A stretch of 64,000 bases of DNA from Caulobacter sp. GTDB taxonomy: Bacteria > Pseudomonadota > Alphaproteobacteria > Caulobacterales > Caulobacteraceae. The stretch is from NCBI GenBank assembly GCA_046295055.1, contig JBKBOD010000005.1, positions 214,694-278,693 of the forward strand, read 5' to 3'. Shown one piece after another: positions 25,048-36,388 of the stretch; the first letter of the stretch is position 1, and each line of letters opens with the position of its first letter. The position numbers and the translations under genes are program-made. Below the pieces are notes generated by a model, which was given only the letters and a program-made list of their open reading frames with translations, ran no database searches and was not told the DNA's origin.

Positions 25048-26877
25048 GTGACCGATTCGCTTTCCGATGCGCGCGACACCCTGCGGCGGGTGTTCGGCCA
25101 TGCCGACTTCCGGGGCCTGCAGGCGCCGGTGATCGCCGAGGTGATGGCCGGGCGCAACGTCGTGGCCGTGCTGCCGACGGGCGGCGGCAAGAGCGTCTGC
25201 TACCAGATTCCCGCCCTGCTGCGGCCGGGGCTGGGGCTGGTGGTGTCGCCGCTGATCGCGCTGATGAGCGACCAGGTCGCCTCGCTGCGGCAGGCGGGGG
25301 TGCGGGCGGCGCGGCTGGATTCCAACATTCCGCCACAGGAGCGGGCCGAGGTCTGGCGAGCCATCGAGGCGGGCGAGCTGGACCTGCTGTACGTCTCGCC
25401 GGAAGGCCTGGCGTCGGGCGCGCTGGCGGGGCGGCTGGCCGAGCTGCCGCTGGCCCTGATCGCCATCGACGAGGCCCACTGCGTCAGCCAGTGGGGGCAT
25501 GACTTCCGGCCGGATTACCGCCTGCTCGGGCGCCTCGCCGACGCCTTCCCCGGCGTGCCGCGCATCGCCGTGACGGCCACCGCCGACGCCCGGACCCGCG
25601 AGGACATCCGCGCCCAGCTGCGGCTGGAGGACGCCGCCGAGTTCGTCGACAGCTTCGCCCGGCCCGAACTGGTGCTTTCGGCCGAGCGCAAGAGCGGGTC
25701 CGCGACCCGCCGGGTGATCGAGCTGGTCGCCCAGCGGCCGGGCAAGTCGGGCGTGGTCTATGCCGGCTCGCGCGAGAAGACGGAGGATCTGGCCGAGACG
25801 CTGCGCGAGGCGGGCGTTCCGGCGCTGGCCTATCACGCGGGGCTCGACAAGGATGTGCGAAGCCAGCGGCTGGAGGCCTTCCTGGAGGCCGACGCGGCGG
25901 TGATGGTGGCGACCATCGCCTTCGGCATGGGGGTCGACAAGCCGGACGTGCGGTTCGTGATCCATGCCGATCCGCCGGCCGCCATCGAGGCCTACTGGCA
26001 GGAGATCGGCCGGGCCGGGCGCGACGGCGAGCCGGCCGAGGGCATCACCCTCTACAGCGCCGCCGACATGGCCTGGGCCTTCCGCCGGCTGGACGGGCGG
26101 GACATGGCCGCCGAGGTCAAGCAGGTGCAGGCGCGCAAGATCCGCCAGCTCTACGCCATGCTGGAGGGCATGACCTGCCGGGCGGCGGCGGTGCGCCGCT
26201 ATTTCGGCGAGGAGGGGGCCGAGCCCTGCGGCCAGTGCGACATCTGCGTCTCGCCGCCGGCCTCGACCGACGCCACCGAGGCGGCGCAGAAGGCGCTGGC
26301 GGCGGTGCACCGGCTGGGCGGGCGGTTCGGCCGGGGACGGCTGGTCGACCACCTGCTGGGCAAGACCAAGGACGTGTCGGCGTTCGAGGCCGGGCTGTCG
26401 ACCTTCGGCGTCGGCAAGGAGTTCAGCCCGCACGGCTGGCGCGACCTGATAGACCAGCTGCTGTTCGAGGGACTGCTGCGCGAGGACCCGAACGATGGCC
26501 GGCCGCTGGTGGGGCTGGGCGACATCGAGGGGGTGCGGGCGGTCTATCGCGGCGAGCGGCGGGTGGCGGTGCGGCGGCCGCCGGAGAAGCTGGACCCCTC
26601 GACGCGCTCGGGCCGGCCGCGCAAGCGCACCCGCGAGGCGATGAGCAACCTGCCGGCCGAGGCCATGGCGCTGTTCGAGGCCCTGCGCGCCTGGCGACGG
26701 GACGAGGCCCATGCCCAGCATGTGCCGCCCTATGTGATCTTCCACGACGCCACCCTGGCCGAGATCGCCCAGCGCCGGCCGGCCGGCCGCTCGGCGCTGG
26801 CGGCGGTCAGCGGGGTGGGCGAGGGCAAGCTGGAGCGCTACGGCGAGGCGGTGCTGAAGGTGGTGCGCGACAACTGA
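25048..26877 (+). CDS. recQ: ATP-dependent DNA helicase RecQ
   Basis: FGHADFRGLQAPVI, LPTGGGKS, DEAHCVSQWGHDFRPDY, an RQC region and a C-terminal HRDC domain (VPPYVIFHDATLAEIA). GTG start chosen at 25048. Confidence 0.9.
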   Translation: MTDSLSDARDTLRRVFGHADFRGLQAPVIAEVMAGRNVVAVLPTGGGKSVCYQIPALLRPGLGLVVSPLIALMSDQVASLRQAGVRAARLDSNIPPQERAEVWRAIEAGELDLLYVSPEGLASGALAGRLAELPLALIAIDEAHCVSQWGHDFRPDYRLLGRLADAFPGVPRIAVTATADARTREDIRAQLRLEDAAEFVDSFARPELVLSAERKSGSATRRVIELVAQRPGKSGVVYAGSREKTEDLAETLREAGVPALAYHAGLDKDVRSQRLEAFLEADAAVMVATIAFGMGVDKPDVRFVIHADPPAAIEAYWQEIGRAGRDGEPAEGITLYSAADMAWAFRRLDGRDMAAEVKQVQARKIRQLYAMLEGMTCRAAAVRRYFGEEGAEPCGQCDICVSPPASTDATEAAQKALAAVHRLGGRFGRGRLVDHLLGKTKDVSAFEAGLSTFGVGKEFSPHGWRDLIDQLLFEGLLREDPNDGRPLVGLGDIEGVRAVYRGERRVAVRRPPEKLDPSTRSGRPRKRTREAMSNLPAEAMALFEALRAWRRDEAHAQHVPPYVIFHDATLAEIAQRRPAGRSALAAVSGVGEGKLERYGEAVLKVVRDN

Positions 26878-26883
26878 CGACGG

Positions 26884-27294
26884 TCAGGGCGTGGCGGCCT
26901 CGACCCCTGCCGCGCGGGCCGCCTCGGCCAGGCGGGTGTCGAGCGTCGCCAGGATGAGGCGATGATCCTGGGCCAGGGCCAGATGGACGGCGTCGGCCGC
27001 CCGGAGCCCATGTCCCGAGCGCACGAGGCTCCTGGCCAGCACCAGATGCCGCTCGGCGACAGGCAGAAGGGACTGGCGAGAGAGCCAGTCGTCGAAGGCC
27101 GCCTCGGCGGCGTCACGCTCGGCATCGGTCAGCCGGCCGATGCGGCGCTGCAGGGAGAGGGCCGATGTGAACTCCGTCGCGGCCCAGCGACTGGTCCAGG
27201 TCCCGGATCGGCCGTCGAGCCATTCAAGCACCCGATCACTGTGAACGTCCTGGACGAATGCCGACACCAGAAGGCTCGTATCGAGGTAGATCAT
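26884..27294 (-). CDS. vapC: PIN-domain ribonuclease toxin VapC
   Basis: MIYLDTSLLV... begins the PIN-domain acidic residues. The ATG overlaps the stop of the upstream antitoxin (ATGA). Confidence 0.85.
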   Translation of the reverse strand: MIYLDTSLLVSAFVQDVHSDRVLEWLDGRSGTWTSRWAATEFTSALSLQRRIGRLTDAERDAAEAAFDDWLSRQSLLPVAERHLVLARSLVRSGHGLRAADAVHLALAQDHRLILATLDTRLAEAARAAGVEAATP

Positions 27295-27539
27295 CAGTAG
27301 CGAGCGTCGTCACGCAGGGCGCGGATGGCCTCGACGGGGTCGAAATCGACAGGGCTCGCCGGCGTGACGCGGCGCTGGCGGATCCAGTCGGCGTCCTGGG
27401 GCGCCGAAACCTGACGCTCGGGCGAAAGCCGGACGATGGGCTCGCCACGGCGCGTGATCACCACTTCCTCGCCCTGCAGCACAAGGTCCAGCAGGCGCGG
27501 CAGGTTGTTCTTGGCGTCGGCGACGGAGTAGCGGGCCAT
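27294..27539 (-). CDS. type II antitoxin (Phd/YefM-like) of VapC
   Basis: 81-aa ORF with the typical Phd/YefM N-terminus MARYSVADAKNNLPRLLDLV..GEEVVITRRGEP. Confidence 0.8.
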   Translation of the reverse strand: MARYSVADAKNNLPRLLDLVLQGEEVVITRRGEPIVRLSPERQVSAPQDADWIRQRRVTPASPVDFDPVEAIRALRDDARY

Positions 27540-27564
27540 GGCGACAAGATAGCTATCTGGATGG

Positions 27565-28233
27565 CTATCGTCCAGTGCTCCGACCGTCCGCCGGCCGCAG
27601 CGCCGCCAGGAGGGAGCGCTCGAGTTCGCGGTGGAGGGCGGCGCGGTCGAAGCGGTCGGGTTCGATCTGGCTGTGCAGGAGGGCGCCGCGCACCGCGCCG
27701 AGGATCAGGGCGGCCTGGCTGCGGAAGTCGATGTCGGCGGCGATCTCGCCGCGCTCGGCGGCCAGCCGGAGCTGCTTGGAGAGATAGCCGGTGGAGACCC
27801 GGTTCAGCTCGGCCATGGCGGCGCGGTGGGGCGAGCCGGGCGCGGCGGCCTCGGCCAGCATGACCTGCACCGCCTGGTGCACCCGCTCGTGGCCGCCGCC
27901 CCCCAGCATCAGCAGGCGCACGGTCGCCAGCACGGCGGTCAGGCCCTCGCCCCGCTCGGTATGGGGAAAGTCGGCGTCGGCCAAGACCAGGGCATGATGG
28001 GCCAGGGCCTCGATCAGGCCGGTCTTGGTCTCGAAGGCCTGGCCGGGCAGGCCGCGGCTGTAGCCGGCGCGCTCTCCGACCTCGGCCAGGGTGAAGCGCA
28101 GGCTGCGGCGCTCGGCGACGAGGTCCAGGGCCGCGTCCAGCATGCGGGCGCGCGAGGCGGCGCGGCGTTCGGCCTGGGTCCGGCGAGGCGCTGACGCTGC
28201 GGCAGGTGCGAGGTCCATGTCCCGCCTTGCCAT
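27565..28233 (-). CDS. TetR/AcrR family transcriptional regulator
   Basis: An N-terminal HTH (RARMLDAALDLVAERRSLRFTLAEVGERAGYSRGL) with a helical C-terminal domain. It is divergent from the APH-ACAD-ADH genes. Confidence 0.85.
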   Translation of the reverse strand: MARRDMDLAPAAASAPRRTQAERRAASRARMLDAALDLVAERRSLRFTLAEVGERAGYSRGLPGQAFETKTGLIEALAHHALVLADADFPHTERGEGLTAVLATVRLLMLGGGGHERVHQAVQVMLAEAAAPGSPHRAAMAELNRVSTGYLSKQLRLAAERGEIAADIDFRSQAALILGAVRGALLHSQIEPDRFDRAALHRELERSLLAALRPADGRSTGR

Positions 28234-28266
28234 GTAATTTGCTTGTTCGCCAACAAATAAGTTTAC
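28234..28266. promoter_or_regulatory. imperfect palindrome, candidate TetR operator
   Basis: gtaatttgcTTGTTcgccAACAAataagtttac lies directly upstream of the TetR ATG. The core TTGTT-N4-AACAA is perfect and the outer arms match partly. Confidence 0.3.
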
Positions 28267-28335
28267 GGCTGCGCGGGCGAGCGCCTACTGTCGCGCCACA
28301 GCCGACGGCAGAGCGGCGCGAGCAGGGAGGCGGCG

Positions 28336-29370
28336 ATGACGCAGGTTCCGGCCGGGGTCGACCTGGCGGTGCTGACCGACTTCATGGACGCCCAGGGCCT
28401 GGGCGCGGGTCCCATCGAGGATGCGACGGTGCTGACCGGCGGGACCCAGAACATCCTGCTGAAGTTCAGCCGCGCGGGCCGGTCCTATGTCCTGCGGCGG
28501 CCGCCGCCGAAGCTGCGCGGCAACTCCAACGAGACGATGCGGCGCGAGGCCCGCACCCTGGCGGCGCTGAAGGGCACCGACGTGCCGCACCCAGAACTGA
28601 TCGCCGCCTGCCCCGAGGAGGTCATGGACGGCGCGGCCTTCTACCTGATGGAGCCGATCGACGGGTTCAACGCCACCCAGGGCCTGCCGTCGCCGCATGC
28701 TGACGATGCGGCGATGCGCAACCGCATGGGGTTCGCGCTGGCCGACGGCGCCCTGGCGCTGGGACGGGTGTCGATCGAAGGACTGGAGGGCCTGGGCAAG
28801 GCCGACGGCTGGCTCGAGCGGCAGGCGCCGCGCTGGCGCGCCCAGTTCGAGAGCTATCACGAGATGGCCGGCTGGACCGGACCGGACGGCGTGCCCGGCG
28901 TCGAGGCCGTCGGCGCCTGGCTGGACGCGCATCGGCCGCCCGGGTTCCGCCCGGGACTGATCCACGGCGACTATCACCTGGCCAATGTCATGTACCGCTT
29001 CGACAGCGGGGACCTGGCGGCCATCGTCGACTGGGAGCTGGCGGCGATCGGCGATCCGCTGCTGGATCTCGGCTGGCTGATGGCCATGTGGCCGGACCCG
29101 GACCATCCGGAAGAGACCGACGGAACGCCCGTCCGGCCGTGGGACGGCTTTCCGACCATCGCCGAGGTCGTCGCCCACTATGGCCGCCACAGCGACCGCG
29201 ACCTGACCCACGCCCGCTGGTACGGGGTGCTGGCCTGCTACAAGCTGGGCATCATCCTGGAGGGCACTCACGCGCGCGCCTGCGCCGGACTGGCCCCCAC
29301 AGCGGTCGGCGACCGCCTGCACGCCATCACGCTTCGTCTGTTCGCCCGCGCCAGCCGCTGGATCGCCTGA
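28336..29370 (+). CDS. phosphotransferase (APH/choline kinase-like) family protein
   Basis: Kinase-fold motifs [13 protein letters not shown] and [14 protein letters not shown]. It is followed by an acyl-CoA dehydrogenase. Confidence 0.8.
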   Translation: MTQVPAGVDLAVLTDFMDAQGLGAGPIEDATVLTGGTQNILLKFSRAGRSYVLRRPPPKLRGNSNETMRREARTLAALKGTDVPHPELIAACPEEVMDGAAFYLMEPIDGFNATQGLPSPHADDAAMRNRMGFALADGALALGRVSIEGLEGLGKADGWLERQAPRWRAQFESYHEMAGWTGPDGVPGVEAVGAWLDAHRPPGFRPGLIHGDYHLANVMYRFDSGDLAAIVDWELAAIGDPLLDLGWLMAMWPDPDHPEETDGTPVRPWDGFPTIAEVVAHYGRHSDRDLTHARWYGVLACYKLGIILEGTHARACAGLAPTAVGDRLHAITLRLFARASRWIA

Positions 29371-29384
29371 AGGAACTCCCGCCC

Positions 29385-30611
29385 ATGAATTTCGAGCACT
29401 CCGACAAGGTCAAGGCGCTGATCGCCCGGGTCGAGGCCTTCATGGATGAGCACATCTATCCGAACGAGACCGCCTATCACGACTTCGTCCATGACCCCGC
29501 CAACCTGTGGCAGGAGTGGCCGGGGATGGAGGCGCTGAAGGACAAGGCGCGGTCGCAGGGCCTGTGGAACCTGTTCCTGCCGCACGAGTACGGGGCGTTC
29601 AGCCCGGGCCTGACGAACCTGGAGTATGCGCCGCTGGCGGAGATCTTCGGCCGGGTTCCCTGGTCGAGCCAGGTGTTCAACTGCCAGGCGCCGGACACCG
29701 GCAACATGGAGGTGCTCGCCCGTTACGGCACGCCGGAGCAGCAGGAGCGCTGGCTGAAGCCGCTGATGAACGGCGAGATCCGCTCGGCCTATGTGATGAC
29801 CGAGCCGGCCGTCGCCAGCTCAGACGCGACCAACCTCGAGACCACCATCCTGCCGGACGGCGACGACTATGTGATCAACGGCCGCAAGTGGTGGATCAGC
29901 GGCATCATGGGCCCGCGCTGCGACCTGCTGCTGGTGATGGGCAAGACCCTGCTCGACAACCCGCGCCACCAGCAGCACTCGACCATCATCGTACCGCGCG
30001 ACACGCCCGGCATCAGCATTCCGCGCACCCTGACGGTGTTCGGCTCGCACAATTCGCCCGGCGGCGAGGGCGAGGTGGTGTTCGACAATGTGCGCGTGCC
30101 CAAGGAGAACCTGATCCTGGGCGAGGGCCGGGGCTTCGAGATCGCCCAGGGGCGGCTGGGACCCGGCCGCATCCACCACTGCATGCGCTCGATCGGCCAG
30201 GCCCAGCGGGCGCTGGAGATCATGGCGCGGCGGGTCGACAGCCGTGTCGCCTTCGGTCGCAAAATCTCGGAGCAGGGCAGCATCCGCCAGGACGTGGCCA
30301 AGTCGTTCTGCGAGATCGAGATGGCCCGGCTGCTGACGCTGAAGGCCGCCGACGCCATGGACCGGCACGGCAACAAGGTGGCCAAGGACCTGATCGCCGC
30401 CATCAAGGTGATCGCGCCCCAGATGGCTCAGACGGTCACCGACCGGGCCCTGCAGGCGCACGGCGCCATGGGGGTCAGTGACGACACGCCGATCGCCTAC
30501 TTCTTCACCCTGAACCGGTACCTGCGGATCGCCGACGGGCCGGACGAGGTGCACATGAACCAGCTCGGCAAGCAGAAGATCGCCGAGTACGTCAGTTCGA
30601 ACGCCCGCTAG
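29385..30611 (+). CDS. acyl-CoA dehydrogenase
   Basis: ACAD motifs ([48 protein letters not shown]). The ORF was trimmed to MNFEHSDKV. Confidence 0.9.
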   Translation: MNFEHSDKVKALIARVEAFMDEHIYPNETAYHDFVHDPANLWQEWPGMEALKDKARSQGLWNLFLPHEYGAFSPGLTNLEYAPLAEIFGRVPWSSQVFNCQAPDTGNMEVLARYGTPEQQERWLKPLMNGEIRSAYVMTEPAVASSDATNLETTILPDGDDYVINGRKWWISGIMGPRCDLLLVMGKTLLDNPRHQQHSTIIVPRDTPGISIPRTLTVFGSHNSPGGEGEVVFDNVRVPKENLILGEGRGFEIAQGRLGPGRIHHCMRSIGQAQRALEIMARRVDSRVAFGRKISEQGSIRQDVAKSFCEIEMARLLTLKAADAMDRHGNKVAKDLIAAIKVIAPQMAQTVTDRALQAHGAMGVSDDTPIAYFFTLNRYLRIADGPDEVHMNQLGKQKIAEYVSSNAR

Positions 30612-30633
30612 CCGGGCTGCCGGGAGACCCGCC

Positions 30634-31671
30634 ATGAAGGCGCTTCGCTATTTCGGTCCGCGCGACATTCGCTACGAGAGCATGGACGATCCGGCGATCC
30701 AGGACGACCGGGACGTCATCGTGAAGGTGGATCGCTGCGCCATCTGCGGCAGCGACCTGCACATCTACCATGGCGAGGGCTTCTCGGAGGACCTGGGCTT
30801 CTGCGTCGGCCACGAGTCGGTCGGCGAGGTCGTCGAGGTCGGCCGGGCCGTGCGGCGGCTGAAGGAGGGCGACAAGGTGATGCTGTCGGCCGCGGTCGGC
30901 TGCGGCGCCTGCGCCAGCTGCCTGGCTGGCAACGTCATCCATTGCGAGAACAACGCCGCCGGCTGCTATGGCCTGTCGTCACGGCTGCAGGGATCGCAGG
31001 CCGAGGCGGTGCGCGTGCCCGCCGGAGAGGCCAACGCGCGCATCATTCCTGAAGGGATAAGCCTGGATCAGGCGCTGATGATGACCGACGCCCTGGCGAC
31101 AAGCTGGTTCGGCTGCCGCAACGCCGACATCGCTTCGGGCCGGACGGTCGCCATCGTCGGGCTTGGCCCCATCGGCCTGATGGGGATCGAGAACGCCTGG
31201 GTGATGGGCGCCGCGCGCGTCTTCGCCATCGACCCGGTGCCCGAGCGACGGGCCATCGCCGAGAGCCTGGGCGCCGAAGCCCTGCATCCGGACGAGGCGG
31301 TGGCCGCCATCCAGGAGGCGACGCGGGGCCGCATGGTCGAGTGCGTGCTGGAGGCGGTCGGCCACGAGCGGACCATCGACCTGGCGCTGCGGCTGGCGGG
31401 GCGCCGGGCCACGGTATCGGTGATCGGAGTCAACCAGGACCGGCGGTTCGAGTTTCCGATGGCGCGGGCCTTCGCCGCCGGCCTGACCTTCCGGATCGGC
31501 ACCTGCAGCGTGCCGGAAACCTGGCCCGAGCTGATCCCGCTGGTCCAGTCGGGCCGACTGAAGCCGGAACGCTTCATCAGCCACCACCTGCCGCTCAGCG
31601 ACGGGGCCATGGCCTATGACCTGTTCGACCGCCGCGAGGACGGGGCGCTGAAGATGGTGCTGACGCCCTGA
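30634..31671 (+). CDS. zinc-dependent alcohol dehydrogenase (MDR family)
   Basis: CAICGSDLHIYHG, GHESVGEVVEVG, and the Rossmann motif VAIVGLGPIG. Confidence 0.85.
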   Translation: MKALRYFGPRDIRYESMDDPAIQDDRDVIVKVDRCAICGSDLHIYHGEGFSEDLGFCVGHESVGEVVEVGRAVRRLKEGDKVMLSAAVGCGACASCLAGNVIHCENNAAGCYGLSSRLQGSQAEAVRVPAGEANARIIPEGISLDQALMMTDALATSWFGCRNADIASGRTVAIVGLGPIGLMGIENAWVMGAARVFAIDPVPERRAIAESLGAEALHPDEAVAAIQEATRGRMVECVLEAVGHERTIDLALRLAGRRATVSVIGVNQDRRFEFPMARAFAAGLTFRIGTCSVPETWPELIPLVQSGRLKPERFISHHLPLSDGAMAYDLFDRREDGALKMVLTP

Positions 31672-31685
31672 CGGCCTGACCGATC

Positions 31686-34142
<2,457 letters not shown>

Positions 34143-35303
34143 CTAGTCGTCCAGAACGGTCAGGCCCGAGGCGTCCACGCGGACGCCCAGGGCCTGACCC
34201 TTGAAGGGATCGAAGAGCGACGCGTCGGTTCCGGTCAGGAAGACCTGGAGCCCCAGCGCCGCGATTTCATCCGCCAGGGCGGCCCGTCGAATCGGGTCCA
34301 GATGGGCGGCGACTTCGTCCAGCAACAATATAGGATTCGGTGCGGAAAATGCACGTGAATCCGTCGTCGAAAGGCGGGCCGCCTGGGCCAAAACCAGGTT
34401 CAGAATCAAGGCCTTCTGCTCGCCGGTCGAGCACTCGGCGGCGGCGCGGTCCTTCTCGGCGTGGACGACCGACAAATCCCCCCTGTGCGGACCGGCCAGG
34501 GCGCGCCCGGCTGCGGCGTCGCGGCCCCTGGCGGCGGCGAGGGTTTCGACCAGACGCCCGGCGATGGCCGCCTCGTCCAGGCCTTGCGCCGACAGGGTTT
34601 CCCAGTCTCCGGTCAGGGACAGCCGGGCCCGGGGAAAGGGCCTGTCGTCGCGGCGGTCGATCTCGTCCTGCAGGGCCGCCAGGGTGCGGGCGCGGGCGGC
34701 GGCGACGGCCGCGCCATGCTCGCCCATCCGCGCTTCCAGAGCTGTCAGCCAGACCGGATCGGGGGCGGCGGCCTCATCGGTCAGAAGCCGCATCCGCTCG
34801 CGCAGGGCCTTGTCGTAGGCGCTGGCGTGGGCGGCGTGCAGGGGCTCGGCGGCGAAGACCAGGCGATCGAAGAAGCGACGCCGGTCGCCGGCCGCTTCCA
34901 GGAACAGCCGGTCCTGCGCCGGGGTCAGCCAGAGGGGGCGGATGTATTCGGTCAGCCGGCCGGGCGGCGCGGCCGCGCCCTCGATGCGGGTCACGCGCCG
35001 GGAGGACCCGGGCGCCTCGACCCCGGCGCCCAGGCGCGTGCCCTGCTCGCCGTCGTCGATCAGGGCCGAGACCGCCCAGGCGCGCCCCGTCGTCTCGCCC
35101 GGCAGGCGACGGCCGACCTCGGCCAGGCCCGCGCCGCGCAGGCCGCGCCCCGGGCTGAGCAGGGACACCGCCTCCAGCAGATTGGTCTTGCCCGCTCCGT
35201 TCGGCCCGGCCAGCCAGACGCTGCGTCCGCCGGTCTCCAGGCTCCCCAGCTCATAGGAGCGGAAGTCGGTCAGGGTCAGGGAGAGGATGGCGGAACGGGT
35301 CAA
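34143..35303 (-). CDS. recF: DNA replication/repair protein RecF
   Basis: TTG start chosen ((M)[17 protein letters not shown]...). Walker A motif [13 protein letters not shown], and signature/Walker B motifs near the C-terminus ([22 protein letters not shown]). The stop abuts the gyrB ATG. The ORF-track extension to 35975 runs through unrelated DNA and the pseudo-copy. Confidence 0.85.
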   Translation of the reverse strand: MTRSAILSLTLTDFRSYELGSLETGGRSVWLAGPNGAGKTNLLEAVSLLSPGRGLRGAGLAEVGRRLPGETTGRAWAVSALIDDGEQGTRLGAGVEAPGSSRRVTRIEGAAAPPGRLTEYIRPLWLTPAQDRLFLEAAGDRRRFFDRLVFAAEPLHAAHASAYDKALRERMRLLTDEAAAPDPVWLTALEARMGEHGAAVAAARARTLAALQDEIDRRDDRPFPRARLSLTGDWETLSAQGLDEAAIAGRLVETLAAARGRDAAAGRALAGPHRGDLSVVHAEKDRAAAECSTGEQKALILNLVLAQAARLSTTDSRAFSAPNPILLLDEVAAHLDPIRRAALADEIAALGLQVFLTGTDASLFDPFKGQALGVRVDASGLTVLDD

Positions 35304-35434
35304 TCGGCATCGGGGGCAGAGGCGCGCCCCGTCCGGGCGGACGAGGCCGGTCCCGCCAGGCGGGCCGACAGGGGTTTTAGGCGGTTCCGCCGCAAGCACC
35401 AAAGGGAACGGCGCCGGAGGGGCGCCGGCCGGCG

Positions 35435-35779
35435 TCAAGGCGCCTTGCGTGTCCCGTTCCAGTTGAACAGGAAATTGCGATGCTCGGCCCAGGTCTGGCC
35501 GACGGCCTTGCCTTCGACCAGGCAGACGCTGGTGTGATAGGGCCCGGCGCCGTCGGTTGTGCGGAAGCTGGCGCAGGTTCGGCCCCGGTCGGTCTTCCAC
35601 CGCCCTGCCAGGATCTCGCTGTCGTAGAAGCTGCCGGTGACCGTGCCGTCCGGCGCCAGGGTCAGGGACATGGTCTTCACATAGGGCTGGGCCGGATCGG
35701 TCGACAGGTCGATGGCCCAGTCGCCGGAAAGGGCGGCCGGCTCGGCCGACAGCAACAGAAGCAGAGCCAGCACCTTCAT
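35435..35779 (-). CDS. orphan secreted protein, hypothetical (114 aa)
   Basis: Clear signal peptide [19 protein letters not shown] with ggggg upstream of the ATG. A hairpin (cggcgcc-ggagg-ggcgccg, about 35408-35426) lies downstream. I recognise no family. The ORF sits between the two recF 5' copies. Confidence 0.5.
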   Translation of the reverse strand: MKVLALLLLLSAEPAALSGDWAIDLSTDPAQPYVKTMSLTLAPDGTVTGSFYDSEILAGRWKTDRGRTCASFRTTDGAGPYHTSVCLVEGKAVGQTWAEHRNFLFNWNGTRKAP

Positions 35780-35842
35780 CGTCGCGCCCCCGGAACGCCA
35801 GACGCGAAATCTGGAGCAAGGCCGGGGCGCGGCAAGGGCGCA

Positions 35843-35975
35843 GCCTCCAGGGGGTTGGTCTTGCCCGCCCCGTTAGGTGCGGCGAGCCACAGACTGCCGC
35901 CATGCCCATCGAGGCTCCCCTGCTCTTAGTAGCGAAGATGGTCAGGGTCAGGGCGGTGAGGGCGGAGCGGGTCAC
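35843..35975 (-). pseudogene. diverged, disrupted copy of the recF 5' end (about the first 44 codons, including Walker A)
   Basis: Aligns colinearly with 35170-35303. It reads [14 protein letters not shown], then a 1-nt deletion and an in-frame TAA, then [29 protein letters not shown]. The real gene reads [45 protein letters not shown]. Confidence 0.7.
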
Positions 35976-35985
35976 CCCAACTTTC

Positions 35986-36022
35986 GCTCATCCCCGCGAA
36001 AGCGGGGACCCAGGCTTTTTTT
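35986..36022. repeat. left hairpin unit flanking the GIY-YIG gene
   Basis: gctcatccccgc-gaaa-gcggggacccaggc+ttttttt. Its reverse complement equals the right unit, apart from a loop insertion in the right unit. Confidence 0.8.
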
Positions 36023-36024
36023 GC

Positions 36025-36309
36025 TCACAGGATCTCGTCGAACAGATCGCGCCAGCCGGGATTAGACCGTTCGATCATTTCGAGCTTCCAGAGACGGTTC
36101 CACTTCTTCATCTGGCGCTCTCGACGAAACGCTCCTTCGCGAGTGTCGTGGAGCTCATACCAGACCAACAGATCGACTCCGTAACGGCTGGTGAATCCGG
36201 GCGTAAGCTTTTGCTTGTGCTGACTAACCCGACTGATCAGAGAGTCGGTCATCCCGATGTAGAGGGTTCCGTTGCGCTGACTGGCGAGGATGTAGACGTA
36301 GAAGGCCAT
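36025..36309 (-). CDS. GIY-YIG nuclease family protein (UPF0213/YhbQ-like, 94 aa)
   Basis: The GIY-YIG motifs are present in MAFYVYILASQRNGTLYIGMTDSLISRVSQH...R.E.MKKW. Confidence 0.85.
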   Translation of the reverse strand: MAFYVYILASQRNGTLYIGMTDSLISRVSQHKQKLTPGFTSRYGVDLLVWYELHDTREGAFRRERQMKKWNRLWKLEMIERSNPGWRDLFDEIL

Positions 36310-36315
36310 CGCAAC

Positions 36316-36372
36316 AAAAGAGCCTGGGTCCCCGCTTTGGCTTGCGCCGCCCTTCGGGTCGCGGGGATGAGC
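36316..36372. repeat. right hairpin unit flanking the GIY-YIG gene (inverted copy of the left unit with a 20-nt loop insertion)
   Basis: aaaagagcctgggtccccgc-tttGGCTTGCGCCGCCCTTCGGGTc-gcggggatgagc, compared with the reverse complement of the left unit, aaaaaaagcctgggtccccgc-tttc-gcggggatgagc. Confidence 0.8.
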
Positions 36373-36388
36373 GGAGTTTTTTAGGCCC

